This document shows, piece by piece, positions 10,052 to 18,891 of a stretch of 64,000 nucleotides of DNA. A program made the position numbers and the translations under genes. The notes under the pieces were generated by a model. It was not told the origin of the DNA, did no database searches, and was given only the letters and a program-made list of their open reading frames with translations. The DNA is from Oceanispirochaeta sp. Lineage in GTDB: Bacteria > Spirochaetota > Spirochaetia > DSM-2461. Each line of letters begins with the position of its first letter. The stretch's first letter is position 1. The DNA lies in NCBI GenBank assembly GCA_963663385.2, contig CAXXXD010000003.1, positions 1,184,001 to 1,248,000 on the forward strand. Direction: 5' to 3'.

Positions 10052-10753
10052 ATGAGTTCTGCAGCAAAAAGACGATTGGAACAGGAAAACCTGAAACTGA
10101 AAAGTAACCGGCACAGTAAAATAATCAAGTCCGTATATAAGCTGTTCTGTCAAAAGGGTATAGATAACACCACGTTTCAGGATGTGGCTGATGATTCCGA
10201 CTTTGGTGTGGCAACCATTTATAGATATTTTTCAAATAAAACGGAAATGGCAATACAGGCCGCCCTGTATAGCTGGAACACCGGCTTTATTGCACTGGCC
10301 GAAGAGAGCAGGAAACGTTATAGGGGGGGGGATCAGATATGCTCCCTGTTTTACGGTTATATCAGTCTGTTCATTACAAAACCGGAAGTATACAGATTCA
10401 TGTTAGATTTTGATAATTACATTTCCCGGCTGAATAAAAGTCCTTCAACCCTGAGTCAATATGATGAGCTGTTACAAAGCTATAATAGCCAGATTGCCGA
10501 TATGATCTCCCTGGGAGTCCGGGATGAGATACTGAAAAGCAGGGAGAATATGGGACAATATTACTCCATGATGTTTAATGCCATCGTAGCTTTTGCCCAG
10601 AAACTTCTGAATAGAAGGTCGATAGGTAACAGGGACAGGCTCTGGAAGGATGCCGAACAGATGACTTTGCTGGTGGAAACGCTTATCAGCAATATAATGA
10701 CAGTTAAAGGGATCATACATTATGAGAGATTTAAATCAACCGGAGTTAAATAA
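10052..10753 (+). CDS. TetR/AcrR family regulator
   Basis: HTH: LFCQKGIDNTTFQDVA...GVATIYRYFSNK. Confidence 0.92.
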   Translation: MSSAAKRRLEQENLKLKSNRHSKIIKSVYKLFCQKGIDNTTFQDVADDSDFGVATIYRYFSNKTEMAIQAALYSWNTGFIALAEESRKRYRGGDQICSLFYGYISLFITKPEVYRFMLDFDNYISRLNKSPSTLSQYDELLQSYNSQIADMISLGVRDEILKSRENMGQYYSMMFNAIVAFAQKLLNRRSIGNRDRLWKDAEQMTLLVETLISNIMTVKGIIHYERFKSTGVK

Positions 10754-10756
10754 CTT

Positions 10757-11470
10757 TTGAAAGAAGAAGACCTTTTCACACCGCTTCAGCTCTACCTTGA
10801 AAAGCAGGGATATTCTGTTAATGCAGAGGTCCAGGAGTGTGACCTGGTTGCCGTAAAAGGAGAAGAAATTCTTATTATTGAGTTGAAAACACGTGTCACA
10901 ACAGCCCTGCTGATACAAGCTGCACGGAGAAAGGAAATTTGTGACTCCGTCTATATTGCGGTTCCCGTCCCACCGGGAAAACACTCTCTTCCCAACCAGA
11001 AAGGGTTAAGTACCCTGTTAAAGCAGTTGGAGGTAGGACTGATACTGGTCCGCTTTCTGAAGACAAAAACCAGAATTGAAGTCACTCTTCATCCACGACC
11101 ATACAAGCAGAGAATGAGGAGAAAAAAGAAAGCCGCAATCCTGCATGAAATCGACGGCCGATACGGAGAATTCCATAAGGGGGGAATTCCAGTAACGAAA
11201 GAAAAAATCACTGCGTACAAACAGGAGTCAATTAAGATAGGTTTTATTTTACGGGATTCTGGTCCCCTTTCTCCTAAATCAGTCAGGGAGAAGGGGGGCC
11301 ATGCCAATAAAGCTCAGAGTATCCTGTCAAAAAACGTTTATGGCTGGTTTGATAACCCTTCCCGGGGGGTGTATCAATTAAACGGGGAAGGTAATGAAGC
11401 GTTAGGTCGCTATGAGTCAGAATTCCCGGGAATAAGAGACGCTGTCCTGATTTGTAAAAAAGATAGCTAA
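10757..11470 (+). CDS. DUF2161 family putative PD-(D/E)xK protein
   Basis: MKEEDLF.P...AEVQECDLVA...IIELK, ITAYKQ, NVYGWF...RGVY; TTG start. Confidence 0.8.
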   Translation: MKEEDLFTPLQLYLEKQGYSVNAEVQECDLVAVKGEEILIIELKTRVTTALLIQAARRKEICDSVYIAVPVPPGKHSLPNQKGLSTLLKQLEVGLILVRFLKTKTRIEVTLHPRPYKQRMRRKKKAAILHEIDGRYGEFHKGGIPVTKEKITAYKQESIKIGFILRDSGPLSPKSVREKGGHANKAQSILSKNVYGWFDNPSRGVYQLNGEGNEALGRYESEFPGIRDAVLICKKDS

Positions 11471-12861
11471 ACCTGACGAATACTCATTACACCTTGCTGA
11501 AGCTTTTTTATTGTATTTGATACCAGAGCAATACTGAAAAAACCTGTTATTACAGTCCCTGTATTTATTCCCCACCAGACTCCTTCAATGCCCATGTGAA
11601 AAACTTTTACATATAGATAGGAAATGGGAAGAGACAGGAGCAGGGTCCGCAGGAGGGTAAGGAGAAAGGCCGGAACAGGGTAGCCGATGGCTTGAAAAAA
11701 ATTCCTGTTTACAATCCCGGTGAGGGCAAATATATAAAGCAGTTCCATTGTATAAGTCTGTCGAACGGCATAATTCACAACAGATGGGATATCAGAGAAC
11801 ACGGCATAGATACGGGAAGCCCCTGCCATCATAATAAGAGCGAGCAACACTGTCGTAACAACCCCTGTCACCCAGCTTGTTTTCATAATGATACTGATCC
11901 GGTCAAAATTTCCCCGACCTCCATTCTGTCCTGCCATGGTTATTACTGCTGCTCCAAGAGCAAATCCCGGCATTAATACAAGGTGTTCAAACCGGCCAAA
12001 GAGGCTGAACGCTGTCAGAGCAAGAGGATCTATCCCAACAACCAGTCTGTTGAAGAAGAGAAAACTGACGGCCATCATAATCATTGCCATAGCCTGGGGG
12101 AATCCTATCACAATAATTTTATTAATCACATTCTTTCGTATATTCCGGATTTTCCACTGTATTCTGACGGAAGACTGATTTTTCAGAAACACCATCAGCA
12201 CATAGAAAAAACTCCCTATCTGACCCAGTACTGTAGCCAGAGCGGCACCTCTGACATCCAGTTTCATATAGAAAATAAAAACAGGATCCAGAATGATATT
12301 TATTACTGTTCCCAGTATCATTGAATTCATAACGTGCTTCATCAGTCCTTCTCCCTGCAGGATTCCGATCAGGGTACTGCCTGTAAATATAAAAAAGGCC
12401 GCAGGGAGCAGATAAATAAGATAATCGTAGCCATGACGGTAGTAGTCACCCTCAGCTCCCAGGAGGTGAACGAGCTGTTCTCCTCCGAATAAGAAGACTG
12501 CAACCGAGATAAAGGAAAGCAGAAGCCCAATAAAAAGACCGGACTCTGCTGTTTTATCCAGCACTTCGTGGTTGTTTTCTCCGATTGCCCTTGCAACCAG
12601 GGAACTGACACCAATTGAGAGGCCGTTTCCCAGAGCAATGAATAGAAATATTAAAGGGAATATCAATCCGACTCCACCCACATAGGAGGGATCCTTCAAA
12701 TCTATCCGGCTGACAAAAAAAGTATCAGTTATATTGTAAAAAAGCTGAAATGCCATTCCAGCCAGGATAGGTAAGCTTAGGCGGATTAATACGGGTCTTA
12801 CAGGCCCCTCAAACATCCCGGGTATTTCCTGGCTTCTTTTATTGTTTTTTTCACTGTTCAT
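11467..12861 (-). CDS. MATE family efflux transporter
   Basis: About 12 TMs; YNITDTFFV, NIILDPVFI, GAALATVLGQ. Confidence 0.93.
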   Translation of the reverse strand: MNSEKNNKRSQEIPGMFEGPVRPVLIRLSLPILAGMAFQLFYNITDTFFVSRIDLKDPSYVGGVGLIFPLIFLFIALGNGLSIGVSSLVARAIGENNHEVLDKTAESGLFIGLLLSFISVAVFLFGGEQLVHLLGAEGDYYRHGYDYLIYLLPAAFFIFTGSTLIGILQGEGLMKHVMNSMILGTVINIILDPVFIFYMKLDVRGAALATVLGQIGSFFYVLMVFLKNQSSVRIQWKIRNIRKNVINKIIVIGFPQAMAMIMMAVSFLFFNRLVVGIDPLALTAFSLFGRFEHLVLMPGFALGAAVITMAGQNGGRGNFDRISIIMKTSWVTGVVTTVLLALIMMAGASRIYAVFSDIPSVVNYAVRQTYTMELLYIFALTGIVNRNFFQAIGYPVPAFLLTLLRTLLLSLPISYLYVKVFHMGIEGVWWGINTGTVITGFFSIALVSNTIKKLQQGVMSIRQV

Positions 12862-12908
12862 TAATAACTCCCTGATTGACTTTTACTATACAGTTATTTG
12901 CTTTTTTT

Positions 12909-12976
12909 TTGCAATTATCCCATAGGAGTGATAAAACTGCTGAGATGTTTTATGAAAGCACTTTCATAAAACATCT
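12909..12976 (+). promoter_or_regulatory. sigma70 promoter followed by a 34-bp palindrome with a LacI/cre-like core
   Basis: TTGCAA-N17-TAAAAC (TG extended); AGATGTTTTATGAAAG-CA-CTTTCATAAAACATCT at 12943-12976. Confidence 0.65.
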
Positions 12977-13021
12977 TTCTTTGCTAATATTCTTAAATAT
13001 AATCAGGGGAGGACTCATAAA

Positions 13022-13927
13022 ATGGAGCGGGATAATAAGTGGGTTAAACCAATAATTGAGGAAGAAAGGATTGTTCATGGTGATATGCCGGGTGACAGAA
13101 TTCAAATTGGAGAGTCCCATATCGTACGGGCTGATGTGGTTTATCCCTTTATAAATGCCTTCCTGAAAAAAAGGAACAGGAATAGAACTGTAATTTCTGT
13201 ATTTGGCGGCTCCGGAGTGGGAAAATCCGAAATAGGTTCCCTTCTTGCCTATTATTGTCGGGAAGCATCCTTTCCCGCTTATGTTCTTTCCGGTGATAAC
13301 TATCCCTATCGTATTCCCTCTCAAAACGATGCGGAGCGGCTCAATGTATACCGTTTAGCTGCTCTTACCGCTATGTCCCGGGCAAAAGGTTTCTGTAACA
13401 GCTGGGATAGGATGATTCATGGAAAATGGTCCTCCTGCGAAGATGCCGATCCGGATATTGTGACTGAACCGGGGATAAAAACCTATCAGAAAGCAGGACG
13501 TGATGCCCTTTCCGGTTATCTGGGATCGGATAGGGAGATTGATTTTTCTCTGATAAATTCCATCATTGAGGATTTTAAAAGCGGAAAAGATAAAATTGTA
13601 TTGAAGCGGATGGGACGGGTCCCGGATGATATCCACTTTGAAGCAGTCGATTTCAGGTCTGTTGACGTGCTGATTATTGAGTGGACCCATGGTAACAATC
13701 CAGCTCTTAAAGGAGTTGATTTTCCTGTCTTTCTCTATAGCACACCTGAGGAAACCCTGGCGCATCGCCTTTCGAGAGGCCGGGATAAAGGAGTTGACAA
13801 CCCATTTACAAAACTTGTGCTCCAGCTGGAGCAGGAGAAGCTGAATAAATACGCTCAATCAGCCCGGTTGATTGTTTCAGAAACAGGAGAAGTCATATCA
13901 TACGGGGATATAAAAAAAGGGGAATAA
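13022..13927 (+). CDS. P-loop kinase (uridine/APS kinase-like fold), candidate sucrose kinase
   Basis: Walker A GGSGVGKS, LSGDNYP, Walker B LIIEWTH, lid-like HRLSRGRD; 5 nt upstream of the GH13_18 gene. Confidence 0.7.
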   Translation: MERDNKWVKPIIEEERIVHGDMPGDRIQIGESHIVRADVVYPFINAFLKKRNRNRTVISVFGGSGVGKSEIGSLLAYYCREASFPAYVLSGDNYPYRIPSQNDAERLNVYRLAALTAMSRAKGFCNSWDRMIHGKWSSCEDADPDIVTEPGIKTYQKAGRDALSGYLGSDREIDFSLINSIIEDFKSGKDKIVLKRMGRVPDDIHFEAVDFRSVDVLIIEWTHGNNPALKGVDFPVFLYSTPEETLAHRLSRGRDKGVDNPFTKLVLQLEQEKLNKYAQSARLIVSETGEVISYGDIKKGE

Positions 13928-13932
13928 AAAAC

Positions 13933-15642
13933 ATGATAAACGGGGATAAAAGAGAAATCGCTGACGGGGTTATGCTGAATGTTTATCCAGACAGCTGCGG
14001 CGGGAATCTGGGAAATCTGATCAAGCTGCTGAAAAAAAAGGATATGCAGGATCTTTTTTCCTATATTTATATACTCCCTTCCATGTTCCGATCAGACCTG
14101 GATCGCGGTTTTTCAGTAATATCCTATGATATAGAGGATTCTCTGGTCCGGAATAAAGATTTGAAAGCCCTTCAGAACATGGGGATCTCACTTAAACTGG
14201 ACTTTGTATTAAATCATCTTTCTGTACAATCCCCTCAATTCAGGGATCTTCTGGACAAAGGAGACGAATCATCTTATGTGGATTTCTTTATAGACTGGAA
14301 TAAATTCTGGGAAGGTCACGGAGAATACTCTCCCCAGGGATATATTATTCCCAATGATGAATATCTGCAGAAGCTCTTTATGAGAAAACCCGGCCTGCCC
14401 ATTCTGAAAATACCTTTTCCCGATGGAAGCTACAGGTTTTACTGGAATACTTTTTATCAGAAAATCAGTTATATTATGCCTCAAAAGGATGATCTGCTTA
14501 CAATCCCCGGAATCGATATATCTAACCTTGACTCCCTGTATTCATTGATCGAAAAGGCTTATCGGAATTCAACTCCCTGGGAAGATATTGCATGGGAGTC
14601 GTTTACACCCTTAAAACAGGGGATACTGAAATTCCTGAATATCAGCTGTACCGAATACCTCGGGCAGATGGATCTGAATGCCCGTTCCGAGGCTGTCTGG
14701 AGTTTTTATAAGGAAACTTTTCGAAAGCTGAAGGATTATGGCGCCAGTATCGTACGGCTGGATGCCTTTGCCTATCTGCATAAGCAGATTGGAATGAGTA
14801 ATTTCTTTAACAGTCCGGGAACCTGGGATCATCTGGACCGAATCCAAAGTATGGCTGATGAGCATAATATAACCCTTCTGCCTGAGATCCACTCAACCTA
14901 TGAAGAAGGAATTCATGAAAAACTGGCGGAAAAGGGATATCCCATTTATGATTTTTTCTTCCCGGCGCTTCTGATAGATGCTATTGAAAAAATGGATGGG
15001 ACCAGACTGGTTTCATGGATTAATGAAATTGTACGCAGGGGTTTTAAAACTGTTAATATGCTGGGCTGCCATGACGGAATTCCGGTACTTGATATAAAAG
15101 GTTACCTTCAGGAGCTGGAGATTGAAGAAATGATAGATCTGATAAAAAGTCGCGGAGGAAGGGTTAAAGGCCTTTATGGACCGGATGGCAGCAAAATATC
15201 CTATTATCAGGTTAATGCAGCCTATTTCAGCGCTTTAAATGGAATCCCTCAGAAAATGCTTCTGGCCAGGGCCGTTCAGATATTTATGCCGGGTATACCG
15301 GAGGTATGGTATCTGGATCTGTTTGGTGGCAAGAATGATTATGCCGCGGCCGATACAATCGGTCATAAGGACATAAACAGAACAAATCTTTCTATGGCAG
15401 AGGTTGAATCATTGTTGAAAACAGACCTGGTGAAGAAGCAGATTTCTCTGCTTAAATTCAGAAATACATTTCCTGCATTCGGGTTTGACAGTAACTGCCA
15501 AACGGAAATAACCAGAGAAAGGATCCTTCAGATCCGTTGGGAGAAAGAGGGATCAATCGCTGTATTTAAAACTGATTTGAAGGATTACAGCTATGAAATC
15601 TTATACGGGAAAAAAGGAAAGTCTCTGAAAGTGCTTGACTGA
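13933..15642 (+). CDS. GH13_18 glycoside phosphorylase, probable sucrose-6F-phosphate phosphorylase
   Basis: YPDS, DFVLNH, nucleophile RLDAFAY, acid/base LPEIH, CHDGI, loop A KISYYQVN, INR motif. Confidence 0.85.
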   Translation: MINGDKREIADGVMLNVYPDSCGGNLGNLIKLLKKKDMQDLFSYIYILPSMFRSDLDRGFSVISYDIEDSLVRNKDLKALQNMGISLKLDFVLNHLSVQSPQFRDLLDKGDESSYVDFFIDWNKFWEGHGEYSPQGYIIPNDEYLQKLFMRKPGLPILKIPFPDGSYRFYWNTFYQKISYIMPQKDDLLTIPGIDISNLDSLYSLIEKAYRNSTPWEDIAWESFTPLKQGILKFLNISCTEYLGQMDLNARSEAVWSFYKETFRKLKDYGASIVRLDAFAYLHKQIGMSNFFNSPGTWDHLDRIQSMADEHNITLLPEIHSTYEEGIHEKLAEKGYPIYDFFFPALLIDAIEKMDGTRLVSWINEIVRRGFKTVNMLGCHDGIPVLDIKGYLQELEIEEMIDLIKSRGGRVKGLYGPDGSKISYYQVNAAYFSALNGIPQKMLLARAVQIFMPGIPEVWYLDLFGGKNDYAAADTIGHKDINRTNLSMAEVESLLKTDLVKKQISLLKFRNTFPAFGFDSNCQTEITRERILQIRWEKEGSIAVFKTDLKDYSYEILYGKKGKSLKVLD

Positions 15643-15718
15643 TCTGAATTAAGAGCATGTAATTCCAGCATTTTATATAGTAAAGTGAGATTCTATCTGG
15701 AATTAACCCCGGGATATA

Positions 15719-15760
15719 AACAAGAGGATACTATTGTTTATACAACAGTATCCCCTTGTT
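15719..15760. terminator. Hairpin between convergent genes
   Basis: AACAAGAGGATACTATTG...CAACAGTATCCCCTTGTT imperfect inverted repeat. Confidence 0.6.
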
Positions 15761-15805
15761 GAAAGTAAATTTACCAATATGCTCTAAATTGATACGGTTT
15801 AGAAA

Positions 15806-17233
15806 TTAGTTATCCTGTTTCTTACCTTTTATAATATACTCGACAACATCTTTGGCGGAAAAATCGAGTCCTTTACCCAAAAGGTCTTTGATCGAATCCA
15901 CTTTTGAACCAATAGTTATCAGGGCTTTTTCCATAGTCCCGTCGTTATACTCGGTAGGCAAGCCGACAGTCGCAAGAAGAGCATTACAGAGACAGCGTTT
16001 ACCAGATTCATTAGAATTGCCGCCTTTTTTAACAAATATCTCTCTTGATTCGGCGGGACAACGGTATCCTACAGAACCATCATCTTTTTTATAAAGGTTT
16101 CTCAAGTAACCCAAATTACAGATTTTCTTTCTGTTTTCAAAAAGGTTCTTTTCTGAAATCGTATCCAGCACCTTCATCACCTTAAAAGGAAAACCTGTAG
16201 GAGAAGCGTTGATGTCCGTATATATATCAGTGTCATTATTCCTGATTTTTTCCAGAATTCTCTTTTTAAGATCCGGGATGATTCCGGACTCCCGACAGAG
16301 AGCAAATGCTGATCCGACCTGAATTCCGTTAGCTCCGGATGCAAGAGCTGCTTTTAACTTTCCCGGGGTACCATAGGAACCCGCCAGCCAGAAGGGGAGA
16401 CCAAGATCTTTGATTTTTTCGGTATCAATTTCATCTCTGTCTCCATAGACAGGTTCTCCATGATCATCAAGGATCATCTTTCCCCGGGGAGGTGCATTAT
16501 GTCCACCTGCTTTATGATTCTCTATTATCAAACCGTCAATGGGTCCGCTTGCTTTTTTTGCCATGAGAGTCGCCAGAAAATTGGATGAAACAATCGGCAT
16601 AAACTTTGGCAGTTCCAGGGTCGGAAGTTTTTTTCCGAAGAGAGAAGTCGGGTCAAAACTGGTAAAAAAATTATCTTCCTTTGAAGCCCCTTCTACATTC
16701 ACTTTCATGGATGTTTTACAGTTATCTGCAAGCTTTCTGATGATTCCCGGAATTTCAAGGGGAATCCCTGCTCCAATAATTATATAGTCAACACCAGCCA
16801 GCAGGGCTCCATAAAGAGAAGGCAGACTGGGAAGTTGAACTTTTTCAAGGTAGTTAACCCCAATTTTACCTTTATGCCCCTCTTTTGCCAGATAGGCCTC
16901 AGTAAAATTGGCAGCAACGGTCAGCTCATTTAAATCATCATTGTTCTCAATGGAGAATTGGGGAATCGATTTGTAGTGGTGCCTATTGCTTATCCCGCCG
17001 GAAACAAAATATTTATCCAGAATCCGTTTTGCCGTATCCCTGAATGGAAAAGCGGCAAGGGCTCTCCTCATATGCCCGCCGGGATCCCCATCCTGCAATC
17101 TGCGGGCTAAAACAGAATCAAGGCTGGTACCGGAAATTACGCCTAACTGGCCTGTTTTTGACACTTCTCTTGCCAGCAGCCAGTTGGAAACCCCGATACC
17201 CATACCGCCCTGTATTATCATTGGATGACTCAT
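15806..17233 (-). CDS. Nitronate monooxygenase/FabK-like FMN oxidoreductase with Cys-rich C-terminus
   Basis: PMIIQGGMGIGVS, AGGHNAPP, GIQVGSAF, SPTGFPF; ICNLGYLR..YRCPAE..CLCNAL. Confidence 0.85.
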   Translation of the reverse strand: MSHPMIIQGGMGIGVSNWLLAREVSKTGQLGVISGTSLDSVLARRLQDGDPGGHMRRALAAFPFRDTAKRILDKYFVSGGISNRHHYKSIPQFSIENNDDLNELTVAANFTEAYLAKEGHKGKIGVNYLEKVQLPSLPSLYGALLAGVDYIIIGAGIPLEIPGIIRKLADNCKTSMKVNVEGASKEDNFFTSFDPTSLFGKKLPTLELPKFMPIVSSNFLATLMAKKASGPIDGLIIENHKAGGHNAPPRGKMILDDHGEPVYGDRDEIDTEKIKDLGLPFWLAGSYGTPGKLKAALASGANGIQVGSAFALCRESGIIPDLKKRILEKIRNNDTDIYTDINASPTGFPFKVMKVLDTISEKNLFENRKKICNLGYLRNLYKKDDGSVGYRCPAESREIFVKKGGNSNESGKRCLCNALLATVGLPTEYNDGTMEKALITIGSKVDSIKDLLGKGLDFSAKDVVEYIIKGKKQDN

Positions 17234-17381
17234 GGGAGCTCCTTTAAAACTATGATTTTGTAGGTATAATAGAAAAAATCTTAATAAAAGTAAATGTTAT
17301 TTTGACGCTATTGCGATTAATGTCAATAATAGTTCTCATGTACTAGAAGAATTCCATATAGTATATACAACACTAGTACAT

Positions 17382-17406
17382 AAAAAAGAGAGCCGTAACC
17401 GTCTCT
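17382..17406 (-). terminator. Intrinsic terminator-like hairpin
   Basis: Minus strand AGAGACGGTTACGGCTCTC followed by a T-tract; stem is imperfect. Confidence 0.5.
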
Positions 17407-17558
17407 ATCCGGTAAGTTTAATCTTGGTGATAATAAGAAGGAATGCTTCCACATAATCCCCAGGGGAATCCATGTTTTAAAGAGTATCCTTTGCGTCATA
17501 ATGTTCAGGAGCATAGTTTAAAATACTTCGGGAATAAAGGTACTTCAAACAGATAAGA

Positions 17559-18713
17559 TCATAGAGATTTCAGGTAATCATTTATTATTTTCCCAATCCT
17601 GAGCCAATCACCCGAATTTGTTCCCCTGCCGCCGGATAAACGTAGGGAGCGGGATGCCCGCTCTGCATTTCTATTCATATAAGTAAGGATTTTACTCTTT
17701 CCAGTTACTGTTCCGGTACAGGCACAAAATCGACTGATGCAAATACCGTGATTTGCCAGATAGAGAAAAAAATCTTCTATGTCAATGTCTGCATCAATAC
17801 TGATATTCAGAACTCCCGGGACTTTCTGTTCCGGACTTTCCAGAATATAGGGTACACCGGCTTTATTCCAGAAATGAAGGCACTCTTTTTCCTGAATGAC
17901 TAAGCACCGATTCATCTCTTCTCTCTGTTCCTGATGCTTCCGAATGCCTTTGGCCAGAATATATTTTACAATACTATCGTGTATTTCCATTGTGTTTTCG
18001 GGAATCACTATTTCCGGAGAATTAATCCCCAGAAGAGCCATCCCTTTCGGTGTATGAAATTTATGACCGCTAAGACAGAACAGATCGCAGAAGGGGAGCC
18101 AATGCTGTTCTGTGAGACGGGGAAAAGCCTGCACCACATCCATAAAAACGATTCCCTCACGCTCCCTGGCAAACCTATGTATCTGTTCTATTTCCTCAAT
18201 ACCTCCGGTTTCATGGTTGACAGCCGGGTATAGAATTACCGGGGGTGAATCTATCTCTATCTGATTCAGCTTCATCCTCCCCCGGGAGTCTGCAGGAATG
18301 GTACGATAGGATTGTCCAAAGAAATCCAGTGCAGCATAGGCAGAAGGGTGACTTAGAGCGGAAATGCAGAATTGATAGCGCTTTTTCTGATTGGATAAAT
18401 GAGCCTTCAGAAGCGAGATACCCTGATATAAAGAATCGGTGCCGGAAGAAAAGTATAGGAATCTGAAGTCTTTTGAAGGAAAACACTTCTTTAGAATCTC
18501 ATTGGCTGATTCGGAAAGCTTGAAAGCCTCGCTGCCGGCACCATGCGGGCTCAAGGGGTGTCCCCAGTTTTTTAAGGAGAGATTCTGATAGGCAGCCAGC
18601 AATTCCCGGTCCGGTCTGGTTGTCGCATTATAATCCAGATAAATCTCTTTTTCGCTATTGTGCAAATAGCGGGATTGAATAAGTTTTTTTTGTATTTTAC
18701 AGGGACATGCCAT
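17559..18713 (-). CDS. Class V PLP enzyme, cysteine desulfurase (NifS/IscS-like), divergent
   Basis: YLDYNATT, VNHETG, DVVQAF, SGHKFH, catalytic loop SRFCACTG, SLRLS. Confidence 0.82.
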   Translation of the reverse strand: MACPCKIQKKLIQSRYLHNSEKEIYLDYNATTRPDRELLAAYQNLSLKNWGHPLSPHGAGSEAFKLSESANEILKKCFPSKDFRFLYFSSGTDSLYQGISLLKAHLSNQKKRYQFCISALSHPSAYAALDFFGQSYRTIPADSRGRMKLNQIEIDSPPVILYPAVNHETGGIEEIEQIHRFAREREGIVFMDVVQAFPRLTEQHWLPFCDLFCLSGHKFHTPKGMALLGINSPEIVIPENTMEIHDSIVKYILAKGIRKHQEQREEMNRCLVIQEKECLHFWNKAGVPYILESPEQKVPGVLNISIDADIDIEDFFLYLANHGICISRFCACTGTVTGKSKILTYMNRNAERASRSLRLSGGRGTNSGDWLRIGKIINDYLKSL

Positions 18714-18891
18714 TGGTTTTCCTCTTTCATGCCTACTATATAGGATTTCCTTTTATTCGTGGAAAAAAAAAATTAATATAACGAATGCTGCAGGGGAAAT
18801 ATGCTTTATATATTTCCTATACTGGATAATACTTAATAATAGCCACCTTAAGTGATGACTGTTTTCAGTATAAACAGTCAGGAGGAACATC

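Noticed and set aside
10757..11470. DUF2161 as a defence nuclease
   Set aside because: No methylase, toxin-antitoxin partner or other defence gene nearby; composition is host-like.
17323..17514. 63-aa minus-strand ORF, and a CsrB-like sponge reading of the same region
   Set aside because: The ORF runs through a terminator-like hairpin and has no SD. Most GGAs fall in predicted stems rather than loops, so a CsrA sponge is not supported.
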